A stretch of DNA of 64,000 bases, taken from positions 259,781-323,780 of the forward strand of contig NW_005434666.1 of NCBI RefSeq assembly GCF_000315625.1, given 5' to 3'. Shown one piece after another: positions 31,990 through 43,640 of the stretch (position 1 is its first letter; the number at the start of each line of letters is the position of its first letter). Origin of the DNA: Guillardia theta CCMP2712 (Eukaryota; Protista; Cryptophyta). Under the pieces are notes generated by a model. The model was not told where the DNA came from and did no database searches. It saw only the letters and a list, made by a program, of their open reading frames with translations. The position numbers were made by a program, and so were the translations under genes.

Positions 31990-34380
31990 CTTGGCAGGTC
32001 AGGTCCCAAGATGTTACTGTCCTGTATGAGAAGAGACTCGGCGATGGAACCTACGGAGAGGTTGGATAATACTCAGATGTGGCATTTGCCATCATCTCAA
32101 ATATGCCGTATTCGTAGGTGTTTCTTGCCAGAGTTCACTCTGAATCTCAAGGCGAGATCCTCGGGGTAAACATGTTATTACTGTTTAGCGACTGTGTTGT
32201 GCTATCAACATGTTTGTGCTCCAGATTGAAAGTGGCTGATTCTGAGATGTATAGGTCGCCAAGAAGGCAAAAGATGGGCTCAAGGACACTGATGAACCTG
32301 AGGGGTAGACATGCTGACACTGAACAAGCCGATCCGATGATTGTGCCCAGGACTGAAAAGGTTCGCGCGCTAGACGACGTGGAGCAGCAAGACCTTGCCA
32401 AAGGTTTGTTTTCTACTCTTGGACTTCGTTGCCTCTCTCCCTCGCTTGCCCGATGTTTGAGTATGGACGTCAACTTGTGCATGCTGTCAAGAAATTTGAA
32501 GTCTCAAGTGCGAAGACCTGACGTGGAATCATAGAATACTTGCAAGTGGAAGCATACGTCAATGACCTCGTCAAGGAAAATTGTCCCGAGGTCAACCTAT
32601 TTCCAAAAGGAAATGTGTGAATTGAATCGAAGTTGCAGGTCGCCGCGCCATACCTCGGAAAGATGTACAAGGGCGGAAAGGTTTTGAAATTGCGTCTAGA
32701 CCCTGAAAGGATGATGATCTTTGACCAGAACTGGCTCATATGGAAATATCTTCAAGGAGAAACATTGGAGGACATTCTCATTCGATGCGATGAAATTTAC
32801 AGGTGAAGTGATGATTGCTGTCACAGAGAATTTGGAGGACAAGAAAGGTGATTGTACTCATTCTCTTCCAGCCTTCGTCCCCTAGCAAGCGCGCTTGGTA
32901 TTGAAGATTTTGAGGACAGAAGCATACTATCGCTGAGGTTCGCCTGCTTCTTGAACTCTCCTACATGTCGGCCCCTGACGTTCCTCGCACTTTCAGACAA
33001 TTGGTCAACGCTGTTGCTGCGCAACTCCTCCAATGCTGCTATGTGAGGAAGAGAGAGATCTCAATATGATAGACCCGTGTATCACATTGAAACTGGAACA
33101 GAAACTCGAGAAGGCTGGTGTTGCCCACAGAGACATCAAACCCTTCAACATCATGGTCACCAACTCCAGGTAACCCCTTTGCCCGCGGAAGAAGCAGGTG
33201 TCGAGTATCGCCAGATGACAATGATGCAGGTTGATACTCATCGATTTCGGATCTGCTGCAGCGATGGGAGTGAGGTATGTGGCAGCGCCAGTGGGGTCTA
33301 ACGTGGATACTTGAATGATCCTCGTCCAACCCAGGGAGCGAGTCGGCTACGACTACAACAAGTCGCCGTGTGATCCACGATATGCTCCCCCGGAGCAATT
33401 CATCGACGAACAGGTGTGGCTGAGAACACTCGCAGGCCTGTCTGACCCTGCGCGTCCCAGGAATGGGCCAAGTATGACGTGTATTGTGTCGGGCTGATAC
33501 TAGTGAGGATTCTTTTCCCTCCCCTCTGGGACGGCCAGGTGAGAACGAATCGCACTCAATCGCTCCTTTGACGCTCCCTGCTCTCGTTCGAACTGGCAGC
33601 ACTTTGATGAATTCTCTGATTCGTACCATGCGGCAAAGGTTGACCCGTTGGTTGTACATGTGCATGGCTGACAGTCACGCAGTACGACCTCGACGCCTGG
33701 CTCACTAGAATCATCTTGGCAGACAGTATGAATCCTGCCGCAAGGATGAAGTCACCAAGGGTTTGTCGTGACTTGGCTGTGCAGGCGCCCTGGGAAAGGG
33801 CTATGAGAAGCCGAGGTGGAAGTTTCCGATCCTGAGGTCGAGGGAGGAGGAGAGAGACGAGGTTGGCTTGCCTGCTGCCTCCAGCCCCCCTCACGTGGTC
33901 TACAGGAATATGTTGCGCTTGCAGAGATGAGCTGCAACTTTCCCGACGATGGATCTCTGCTGAACATGTGCAGCATCAAGGTAACAACCCATGCTTGACG
34001 GGCCGTGGCCTCACCCTTGTACAGGAAGGTCTGGAGGTTCTTAACGTGAAGGACGGGGGAGTCTGCTGGGAAACCTTGTGAGCAAGTCTTCGCTCCCTCT
34101 TCTCCCTACTCGCTCAACCTTGTACAGGCGACAAATCCTTGCCAAGAAGCCTGCCAAGAGGATGTCATCAGGAGTCGCGTGAGTTTCTGACTCCGTCATG
34201 CCACTGCCATGCTGAAACTGCAAACTTGGTCAGGTTGGATCGTGTGCTCAAGGCTGGGCAGAGGGGCGGGCAAGGAGTGAAGGGTGTCATCGACAAAATC
34301 ATCCGCAACGGTGAGTGATGATGTGGACAAGTAGCCGCCCCTCACGTTGCTGGAACAGCGCAAAAGGAAGGATGATAGTG
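31990..34380 (+). CDS. STN7/STN8(Stt7)-like Ser/Thr protein kinase, many introns; N-terminal exons may extend to ~31230
   Basis: RLGDGTYGE|VF, VAKK, WLIWKY, AHRDIKPFNI, LIDFGSAAAM, GYDY..SPCDPRYAPPEQF, YDVYCVGLIL..ILFP, YDLDAW. Confidence 0.8.
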
Positions 34381-34399
34381 ATCCCCTCCCCTTGAAAAA

Positions 34400-34950
34400 T
34401 CTTCACGTCTGATTCCCCACGGATACGTCGACACCTGCAGCTTGCAAGCTTTGCACCCTCGAGGACTGCCAAACCTCAGAACTCCTTAACTTGGACGAGA
34501 GACAATTAATAGGACGTGTATTTGTTTGTGTGTACGAAAGCAAAAAAATCATCGAGTCTGCTCACTGTTGACGGTAGTCGCAATACGTGTGCGATCTCCC
34601 TCCATCGCAATGGTTGTCAAAATAGCCGCCCGAATGCTGCGAGAAGAGCATGTGAGAAGTGAACTAGCAACAGTCTTCAGGAGTACCTGGCCGTCCCAGT
34701 CACCGAAGCCATAGCAGATGTAACCGCATGGCTGGTTGGTGGACGTGTACGACTGCAAGTACACAAAGATGAGGTTCTGTTCGCGAGGAGGGGATGAGGC
34801 TAAATACAATCAGCTGACCTGAGGCTGCAATCCGTTTGATCCGGAGTATCCGATGTCGCCACTGCCAGCTCCGGCAAGCAGCTTTGTGCATCTTAGTCAG
34901 TATCCCTCTTCTTTATGATTCTCAGCTTTCACGAGCACATGGCATGAAAC
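34400..34950 (-). CDS. Possible small Cys/Gly/Tyr-rich orphan protein
   Basis: GT-AG bounded exons SYTSTNQPCGYICYGFGDWDGQ|HSGGYFDNHCDGGRSHTYCDYRQ. Confidence 0.35.
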
Positions 34951-35188
34951 CATTTCTTCTATCTCTCATCTCTCATCTCATTCCCCCAATCGTCTCGCTC
35001 ACCGCAAACATGTCGGGCAAAGAACCTACTACCCCTACCCATGTCATATCCACGTACCCACCTACCTGAAAGTCTAGAAAATGATAGGAATGACCCCTCC
35101 TTCACCAGTAGGACCCTATGATCGTCATACCCCGGCACATAGGGCACTCTTTGGGTCCGCCTCGGAGAGCTATTTCGGGTTGGTGAGC

Positions 35189-36291
35189 CATGGCTGCGCC
35201 GCCGCTAGAGGAATTCCATGCCGTGAGGCCGCAGGCTGCGGGGAGAAGACAGCGAGCAAGGTGAGAGAAGAGACAAGAGACAACGGCGGTTGCTTCTTCC
35301 CTGCTTCGCTGCCATCGTTTCTTCCTGCTCTCTGCATCTAGCCCTCTTCCCCATGTTCAGTGTTCTTCTGGTTTTGCGTCGCCAGCCACGTGTCGTACCT
35401 TCAAACTGATCCTTTCCTCTCACACGAGGAAGCATCGCGTTTGGCAGTATACCATATAGCTACTTAACACTTTCACTTGACTGAATCGTATGTGTTTCCA
35501 TCTTGTATGACGCGTGATGGCCTGCGGATCAATTTGTACCGCAGTACCAACGGATATCCATCTGCTTCAATTGAACCTTGTTTCCCAACTGTCTTCCTCT
35601 GCACGTGTTGAACTTGTTTGATTGTGTGTTTCACTGTTGCCGCATTCTATTTAGAGCACAACTAGTTGGTGGATGCTGACGTTGTGGAACAGGGTCGTCT
35701 TCCTTGCGGGATCATTTGTGTTGGGACTCATTGCCGTCATGGCGCTCGTTGCTCCTGGCAAGAGTCACCCCGAGTCTCGTTCCGTCTCCAAGTTGTTTTC
35801 GATGCCTTCCATCTCTCTTGGCATCAGGTGCCTCTCACGCCGCCCTCATCACCTTCTCCTGACGGTCTGCGTGTCACAGGGAGCACGAGGGAGTCCCTGC
35901 TCCGATCGCCCCTGCCGATCGTGATCCCACCAGCAAGATCGCCAAGGGAACGAACCCCACTAGCCCCATGCAGCTTGACACGCAGGCTACCGCGTAAGAG
36001 GAGGCGCCGAGGAGCCGCTCGTGCTTACGTCTTGACGCAGGCGGTATAACTATCAGATGGGCAACGACCTGACATGGCCGCCACACGACACCGACTACAT
36101 TCCCACCGGCGCATACTCTGCTGGGTACAAGGGACCGTATGACAACGACTACAACTGGCCGGACGACACCCAGGTAACATCCCGAGGTATTGCTCGTGCT
36201 GGTGATTGACTTTACCTTGCAGGTTCTCCGCAATGATGAGTGGGTGCAAGCTGGTGGCGTCGGCTGTGGAATGACAGGAAACAATTGCTGA
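35189..36291 (+). CDS. Small single-TM/secreted orphan protein; start uncertain
   Basis: RVVFLAGSFVLGLIAVMALVAP, then spliced ...YNYQMGNDLTWPPHDTDYIPTGAYSAGYKGPYDNDYNWPDDTQ|VLRNDEWVQAGGVGCGMTGNNC*. Confidence 0.5.
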
Positions 36292-36826
36292 TGTTGTCAT
36301 CAAGTTATTTTAAGCTCGGAAAGGGTTTCTTTTTTCCAACCTCGTGTCTCTTTGCTTCGCCGAGGGTTGTTGTTGGAGCTCTCTTAAAGTCGCTAGAAAA
36401 CTCTCGTGTGGAGAATGCGGTGCGGTCGCTGTTTATTGATTGAAAAAGCCTTGTGTAGTATCTACGCCTCTCTCCCTCCCTGCTTCCCTCTTGTTCTCTC
36501 CTCCCGCCTCCCTACCCATTCTGCGGTTTGACCCCATGACCCACCATCGCACTCGTTTATGTCCTCTAGATTCACAGCCTGAAGTAAATGCTGCTGCTGC
36601 TGCTGTACACCAGCACCATCATGGCATGTGCGAGGAGTCTCTCAAGAAAGACAAGAATGTTACGAGATAATGACGGTTGTTGCTTTATGCCTTCATCTCG
36701 CAAGGAGCAGCACTTTTACGTTATCAGGATACGTTCGTGCTTTACTTTTACGTACAAAGATATCTTGTATAGGTACATGAATCAAACATCTGCAACTTTG
36801 CTAGCGCGTCTGACTGTGTAAACTCT

Positions 36827-37799
36827 TCATTTTTTATGAGTAGCAGGCTGAGAAGGAGCCAGTAAATCTTCGAGCTTCTTCTTGAACTCCGCATTTGACT
36901 TGGTCAAGCTCTGAACTTCATCCGCATGTTTCTTCTCGTCCAACTTTTCACGGCACATGGTCAGACACAACGCGCAGAACTTGCAAGCAATCCTCACCGT
37001 CCGTCTCTCGAGCTCTTTCCTCTCTGTAGCTTCGCACAGTTCCTTCAACTCTTGAACTTGCCTCTCGAGATCCGAGTTCTCAGTGACAAGTCTGTTTACA
37101 TTCTCTTCCATCTCCATCTTTCTTTGCTCAGAGAGCAGTGCCTTGCGCATTCCAAATGCAATACTGGACAAAGGAGAAGGGAAAGGGTCAGGAGGAAGGG
37201 GATCGGTTCTCCTGTGGTTGTCTCTTACCAGCTCTCGTAAAGTGTCTGATACGCTGCTATCCTCATCCTGATCTCGTCGCGCACCCGGAGCAGCAGCAAC
37301 CCTCGCTCCGCACAGTTGATCGTGACCTCCATCAGCATGTCAGCACCACTCAAGGGCGGCCAAGAGGAGCCACCTGTCTGATCACTTCGTCGAATGTCTG
37401 ACGGAAGAGCTCTTCTCGGACCGGGCAGATGCCCGTCTCCCTCGCCTGCCTCGTCTGAAGCTTCGAGTCCAGCTCCTCCTGCATCATACTCATCACCAGC
37501 TGCCATCGCGTCTGCAAGCTCGGGGGACCTGTAGATTGATGACATCCAGCCTTGTCGCCGGCGTGCTGGACACAAACTGCACCCACAACTGTCCGTCCTC
37601 CGTCCATTCCCTGCAGGAGGCGCAACCGGCGTTATTCATGGATGAGCGCAACGTGAGGTGGAAGGTACCTGGGAGGAAGGATGGAGTTGAGGACGTCTGC
37701 TGTCTGACTTGCAACCGTTGGAGCCTTCAACTTGCCCTTGGACGATGCCACGAGCACGGGGATATCATAGCGAACCAGCGAGACGATGGGAGGAAGCAT
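36827..37799 (-). CDS. DNALI1: Axonemal inner-arm dynein light intermediate chain p28 (IDA4/DNALI1)
   Basis: LNSILPPR|EWTEDGQLWVQFVSSTPATRLDVINLQ|EELD..RQARETGICPVREEL..FDEVIRQ|VTINCAERGLLLLRVRDE..AYQTLYES|SIAFGMRKAL. Confidence 0.95.
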
Positions 37800-38296
37800 T
37801 TCTATCGAGCCCCTTACACCACCTGAAGCTTTAAGTCACATTCCCAGGATTCGTTCAATGTCTCAGGTCGTTCTCAATGGGCGAGCGTGTAAGTTTCCAT
37901 CTTGTATGATGGCATGTTGGAAGTTGACCGTGGCAACCCAGCTACTCAGTTGCATCAACCTTTGAAACGCGTTCCCTTCCTCACAATGACACCCGTCATA
38001 GAATAATTCACTGCCTCCCTTACTTCCTCTCATCTAACCTGGGACTACCACTGCCGCAAGTTGCCATAACCAGGAGCGCACTGGTGGCCCAGAAACTCCG
38101 TCTGAGCAGGCCCACTGCAATGATCTCTTTCGAAGGTGGCGCCGGCGCGGCGCGCTCCTCCTCCATGTCCTCTTCCCCACCTCGTTCCTCCATGTCTCCT
38201 CCTCCTCGTTCCTCCATGTCTCCTCCTCCTCCTCTCGTGTGCGACTGTCTTGACAGCCCGCCCAGTGGCTGCACCGCCGCCACCCAGTCATCACCA

Positions 38297-38915
38297 TGAG
38301 GCTACCAGCACAACGGCCGTACACCGTTACGTTTTCAGTTTCAACTATAACCGTTCAAGTTTTTAGTCAATTGCGTTTTTCCAAGATTTGTCCAGAAATA
38401 GTCCATATTAGCGCTCCATGCCGGTGCCTGTGCTGGCGGTAGGCTGCCTGCTCATGGTGAAGGGAGGGATGGTGAGCATCAGCATCCTTGCATGAGCATA
38501 CCTCAGCTTGTGTCGCGCTTGCTGTCCAAGAGCTGTGTCGATGTTGTGGATTGGCTCCTTACTTTTCTGACTCCTGATTCTGCTTGCGCTCACTCCCACC
38601 CCTGTTGTTTCATAGTCGTCCCCCCCTTCGCCCTCCCCATTTGTTTGTTCTTGGTAGCCCCGAATGGATTGGGCAGTGATCTGTACTTCCTTCACATCCT
38701 TGAAGCCACCTGCAAGATCTGTTGACATTCATCTCATGTCATGTTTGTTATAGGTGATGGGTCATTACTCCGCAAAGAACTACGATCCGAACCCTAAGTC
38801 AGCCTGGGAGCGCGAGAATTCACTTCCGGGAACAGATGGTGTCCCAGTGAGTCAAAAGAAGAAAAAGACAGGAGAGGTCAAGTACAGCGCTGATGGGACT
38901 GCATACAAGACATAA
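38297..38915 (+). CDS. Possible small hypothetical protein
   Basis: Terminal exon after AG: VMGHYSAKNYDPNPKSAWERENSLPGTDG...AYKT*; upstream exons unclear. Confidence 0.35.
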
Positions 38916-39284
38916 TTCGGCATGATGTGATACTGGCTTTCCCATCCATCCTCAATGTTTGGGGAGCAACTCGACCTCTGCATTCTTTGGCTAGGACTCC
39001 TTTCTGTTCAATGTTTCAAGCGAACATCTTGCGTCACGAGCATGACGATTTTTGCCACGGAATGACAAGATGATGTCCCGTGTATGGTGTCGCGAGGAAT
39101 GTCTACAGGATAGGAGGTGGGTTGCTCTCTTATGCCATGTTATGCGAAACTTGTAATACAACACTTGCACGATTTTTGTATTCCCAACAACATGCATATC
39201 TTCTTGCAACACATCACAGTGTCACAGCTACATCACTACAAGTACGAACATGGGAGGGAAAATAACAAGACATAGGTGTAGCTA

Positions 39285-40415
39285 TCAATCTTGACGGAGT
39301 AATTGTGATGCTGCTGGCACACACAGTGAACGACCTCCATCAAGACCAACGCACTGAAAGAGAATTAGAATTCAGTGACCGCAGCAACTATCTCAAGGTA
39401 CCTGTCCGGTCATCCAGCTTGCGCCATCGCTGGCTATGAAAGTGATCATTGCCTGTTGGTGGGAGCAAACCATTACTCCCTATCAGACCACACAGGTATC
39501 TGTTGGAAGGTCTACCGCACAATCCTCCGGCTGCCCCACCCGTCCGAGGGGATGGAGCTTCGCGTTCTCCTTGACATAACTGTCGCACATCTCCTGGAGT
39601 TTCAAGTCATCTGAGTATACGGAATTGAAAATCATCGCGTACGTCTGACATCCCCGAGCGCTTGAAGATCTCCGTCATCACCGTCGCTGGGTTGATGCTG
39701 TTCACCCGGATGCCCCGATCGGCGAGTTCCAAGGCGGCGCATTTCGTCAAGGACTGTCGAAGTAGCGATCAGCTCTCTTCCTCGTCAAGTCAGGACAAAA
39801 CAAGGACAGGGCCCACCTCTAGCGCTGCCTTGCTGACGCTGTAGCTCGTGAGGTTGGGGATGGTTCTTCAAGGAGTCAGAGAGACGATTCAGGACTGGTC
39901 AATGAACCTCGTTCCAGCCAAGCTCCCGACGTTGACGATCACAGATCCTCTTTGCATTCTTTTCGCTGCAGACTGGATGAGGAAGAAAGGCGCGCGCAAG
40001 TTGGTATTCATGGTTTGCTCGAACTCATCCACCGTCGTCGTTAGAACATTTTTCCCACGAGCGATCAAAATCCCCGCGTTGTTCACAAGAATGTCGAGCC
40101 CCCCCATCTTGTCGAAAGCCTCACTGACGGAAGTGTCGCAGGCTTCGACTCGAGAGAGATCAGCAACAGTAGTGAATACTCGACCAGTATGCTTGTGCTG
40201 CTCGAAAATCTGCTCCAGCACTTCCTTGTTTCGTCCAAGAAAGGTGACCTGAACCTTGAATCAGCCACCACAGTACCGTCATGTGAGTCAAACTTCACCT
40301 TCGCCCCGAGCTCCAGGAATCTGAGACCCGTGGCTTTTCCGATTCCGCTGGTGGCTCCAGTGACAAGGACATTCTTACCGGAAAAAGTGTTGGGCATCAG
40401 AACGTTGGTCGACAT
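39285..40415 (-). CDS. Classical short-chain dehydrogenase/reductase (FabG-like)
   Basis: VLVTGATSGIG, DILVNNAG, IVNVGS, YSVSKAAL, GIRVNSINP, PLGRVGQPED, WMTGQ|CVGLDGG. Confidence 0.93.
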
Positions 40416-40716
40416 CGAAACTACGAGGTACGAACTTCACCGACGAACAACTGCAGAGGGAAGAAGGAGGAAGAGGAGAGGAGGGGAAGAGGGAGAGGAG
40501 TAAGAGGACGGAAGATCTTCAACCTGGAGCAATCGATGCATGGCAAGCTGATGCCCCCAGCAGCATCGACACCGCAAGCACAATGTACGACATATCCCCC
40601 TCCTTATATCCTCCTTGCAAACCAAACTAAACATTACCGTCCAATCGGTTTGAATCGGTTTCAATCGGGTTAGCTCTAGCAAGCCTTGAAGCTAAATCAC
40701 ATAAGGGGCCGGCTTA

Positions 40717-43640
40717 ATGCTGCGAGGTGAGCGGAGGAGGAGGAGGAGGAAGGGCGAGGAGGAGGAGGAGGAGGAAGGGCGAAGAGGAGGAGATGAAGAC
40801 GACGAATCCGATCATTCTGATGAGAATCATAGTTAGCATGGTATGAGAGTCAGAAGGAGCTGAAGGAGTGGAGGAGAGGAGGAAGGGCGAAGAGGAGGAG
40901 ATGAAGACGACGAATCCGATCATTCTGATGAGAATCATAGTTAGCATGGTATGAGAGTCAGAAGGAGCTGAAGGAGTGGAGGAGAGGAATGAGCTTGGAG
41001 GGAGCAGACGATGAAGAGAAACTGAGTAGAAGCATTGACGACAATCCTTCGTGTTTGATCTGCTGCGATTGATACTACGACAGGAACGCTGAGGAGCCTT
41101 GCCTGGTCACTCCTGTCAGCATCCGTCTTTGTTGGTAGCTCCTCCCCTTACAACCCCTCGAGGTTCATCTCCTTGCTGCAGATCTTGCTCTTGCCTTCCA
41201 AGTTCATCCCATGAGGTTGTTGCGACCGAGTTTCGTCGTCAAGAATGCTGCCGTGTCCTTCCGCGCCCGATCAAGGCGCCTCGGATCCAGGTTGTTCCGA
41301 TGTAGTAGTGCCATATCGTGACGTCGAGAAGGATGTTGGCGTCGGTCGCTCCATCCGACGTGGAGAAACCGATCCTGGAGGAGGAGCTCATCACGAGCTT
41401 CGACGGGAAGTCAAAGTTCATCAAGGTCATGATGGAACGCGGGTTTCTGCACTCGTGGTAAGGGGATGAGGATGGAGGGAGGGCGAGGGTTGAGGTTGTT
41501 TTGACAGCACCAACATCGAAGCTCTTGATGAGAAGATGACAAGCGAGACTGTCAAGGCCTACCTCGGCTTCGACGCGACGGCCAAGTCCCTCCATGTCGG
41601 CAGTCTACTGCAGATCATGATACTCCGGCACTTGCAGCAGTGCGGGCACAAGCCCATCGTCCTGCTAGGTGGAGGAACCACCAAGGTGACAGGGGAGCAA
41701 GTCGGGCGAGCAGCTCCTGACTCATCCTGGTAGGTAGGAGATCCGACAGGTAAGGATCAGAGCAGGAAGATGCTCTCAGACCAAGACATCCAGGACAACG
41801 TCAACGGCATCAAGACCGTCTTTGAGAAGGTTCCGGCAGCCTCTTCTGCTGACTTCTGACCGCTCGCCTGCTCCTTCAGTTCTTGAAGTTTGGCGATGGA
41901 CCCACGGATGCACTGCTGGTCAACAACGACGAGTGGCTGTCCAGCATCCGCTACCTCGACTTCCTCCGGGAGTACGGTCCGCTGTTCACCATCAACCGCA
42001 TGCTCAACTTCGAGAGCGTGAAGCTGAGGCTCGAGAGAGAGTCTCCCCTCACCTTCCTCGAGTTCAACTACATGATCCTCCAAGCCTATGACTTCCTCGA
42101 GCTCAACCGCCGCTACGGCTGCTCGTTGCAGGTTCCTCCTCCCCATCACCTCGTGATCCCCACCTCACTCTCCTCTCCTCTCCTCTCCTCTCCTCTCCTC
42201 TCCTCTCCTCTCCTCTCCTCTCCTCTCCTCTCCTCTCCTCTCCTCTCCTCTCCTCTCCTCTCTGCTCTGTTCTGCTCTCAACAATGTTGTCACCCCGATT
42301 CATCTCGCCTCTCTAATCTCTCTTCATGCTAACTTGACCGAGACAGCTCGGAGGGTCAGACCAGTGGGGGAACATGGTGAACGGAGTGGAGCTGACAAGG
42401 CGAGCGAACAGCAAGCAGGTGTTCGCCATGACGGCCCCGCTGATCACCACCTCCGACGGGAAGAAGATGGGGAAGAGCGAGGGAGGAGCCGTGTGGCTCA
42501 ACGCCGACATGCTGCCTCCCTACGACTACTGGCAGTTCTGGAGGAACACCCAGGACGCGGACGTTGTGAGGTTCTTGAAGCTCTTCACTGAGCTCCCGAT
42601 GGAGAAGATTGAGGAGCTTTCTAAGCTTGAAGGGGCAGCAATCAATGATGCCAAGAAGGTAAGGCTGCTCCTACCGCTGCCGCTGCCGCTCTTGCCTGCT
42701 TCTCACTCGCCCTCCACTTCTCGAGATTTTTCCTTCGACTTGCAGCCCTCCTTCTCTCTGACTCGGTTCGTCCGTCTTTCTTGACCCTCCTGCAGATCCT
42801 TGCAGACGAATGCACGCGCATGCTGCACGGGGAGGAGGTTCTTCCTTCGATCCACGAGACTGCCTCTGCTCTCTTCGCCGGTCAGCGCCTCCTCCCCTCG
42901 CTGCTGCTCCCCTTCCCTCTGCTCCTGCTCCTCCCTCTGCTGTTGCTTCTCATCTGCTGGGCAGGAAAGAGCGGAAACCTCGACGACCTCCCCAAGGTGT
43001 CGATCTCAAAGGAGGATGTCGATAAGGTGAAGAAGTGGAGGGGAGGGGCGGTTGGGAGGGACGATGGTGAGGAAGGATGGGAGGAAAGGAAGAGGCGGGA
43101 GGTCGTGGAAGGAGAAGAGGAGAGCGGAGGAGGAGCGAGGGGAAGGAGGGCCGGGCCCGGCAGGTCACTAAGTCAGATGTTGCATACAGGGCATTCCCCT
43201 CATCGACCTCTTCCTTCAGCTTGGCTTCGCCTCCTCCAAGAACGAAATCAGGAAGCTCATCCAAGGTGACGCGTTTACTTTCACCCCCTCCTCCTTGCAT
43301 GCTCCTCCCACAACCTTGCTCTCCGCTCATCGCCTCCACTTCCTTCGTCTCGCTCCCTTCGTCGCCTCCTCCCTACCCCTCTCTTGCCCCCTCCCTCTTC
43401 CTCGTCTCAGTCGTCGAGCAGGAGGAGGCGTTCGCCTCAACGACGAGAAAGTGCAGGACGTCAACATGATGCTCACCGCAGACGCGCTCAACAACAATCA
43501 GGTCAAGTTTCTTTCCTGCTCGCGTTCTCTCTTCCACTCCTCCCCCTCTTCCTTCCCCTTCCTGCTTCTCTGACTTTGCCGGCCCTCAGGCCAAGCTCTC
43601 GGTAGGAAAGAAGAAGCACGGGCTCGTCGTCCTCGAGTGA
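40717..43640 (+). CDS. tyrS: Bacterial-type (organellar) tyrosyl-tRNA synthetase with N-terminal targeting extension
   Basis: [15 protein letters not shown] (HIGH), [32 protein letters not shown] (KMSKS), S4-like end KLSVGKKKH. Confidence 0.95.
40771..40988. repeat. 108-bp tandem duplication in the first TyrRS intron
   Basis: 40771-40878 is repeated at 40879-40986. Confidence 0.9.
42170..42262. repeat. (CTCCT)n intronic microsatellite
   Basis: Seen directly. Confidence 0.95.

Noticed and set aside
40714-40947. Repeated hydrophobic minus-strand ORF
   Set aside because: Antisense reading of the 108-bp intronic duplication
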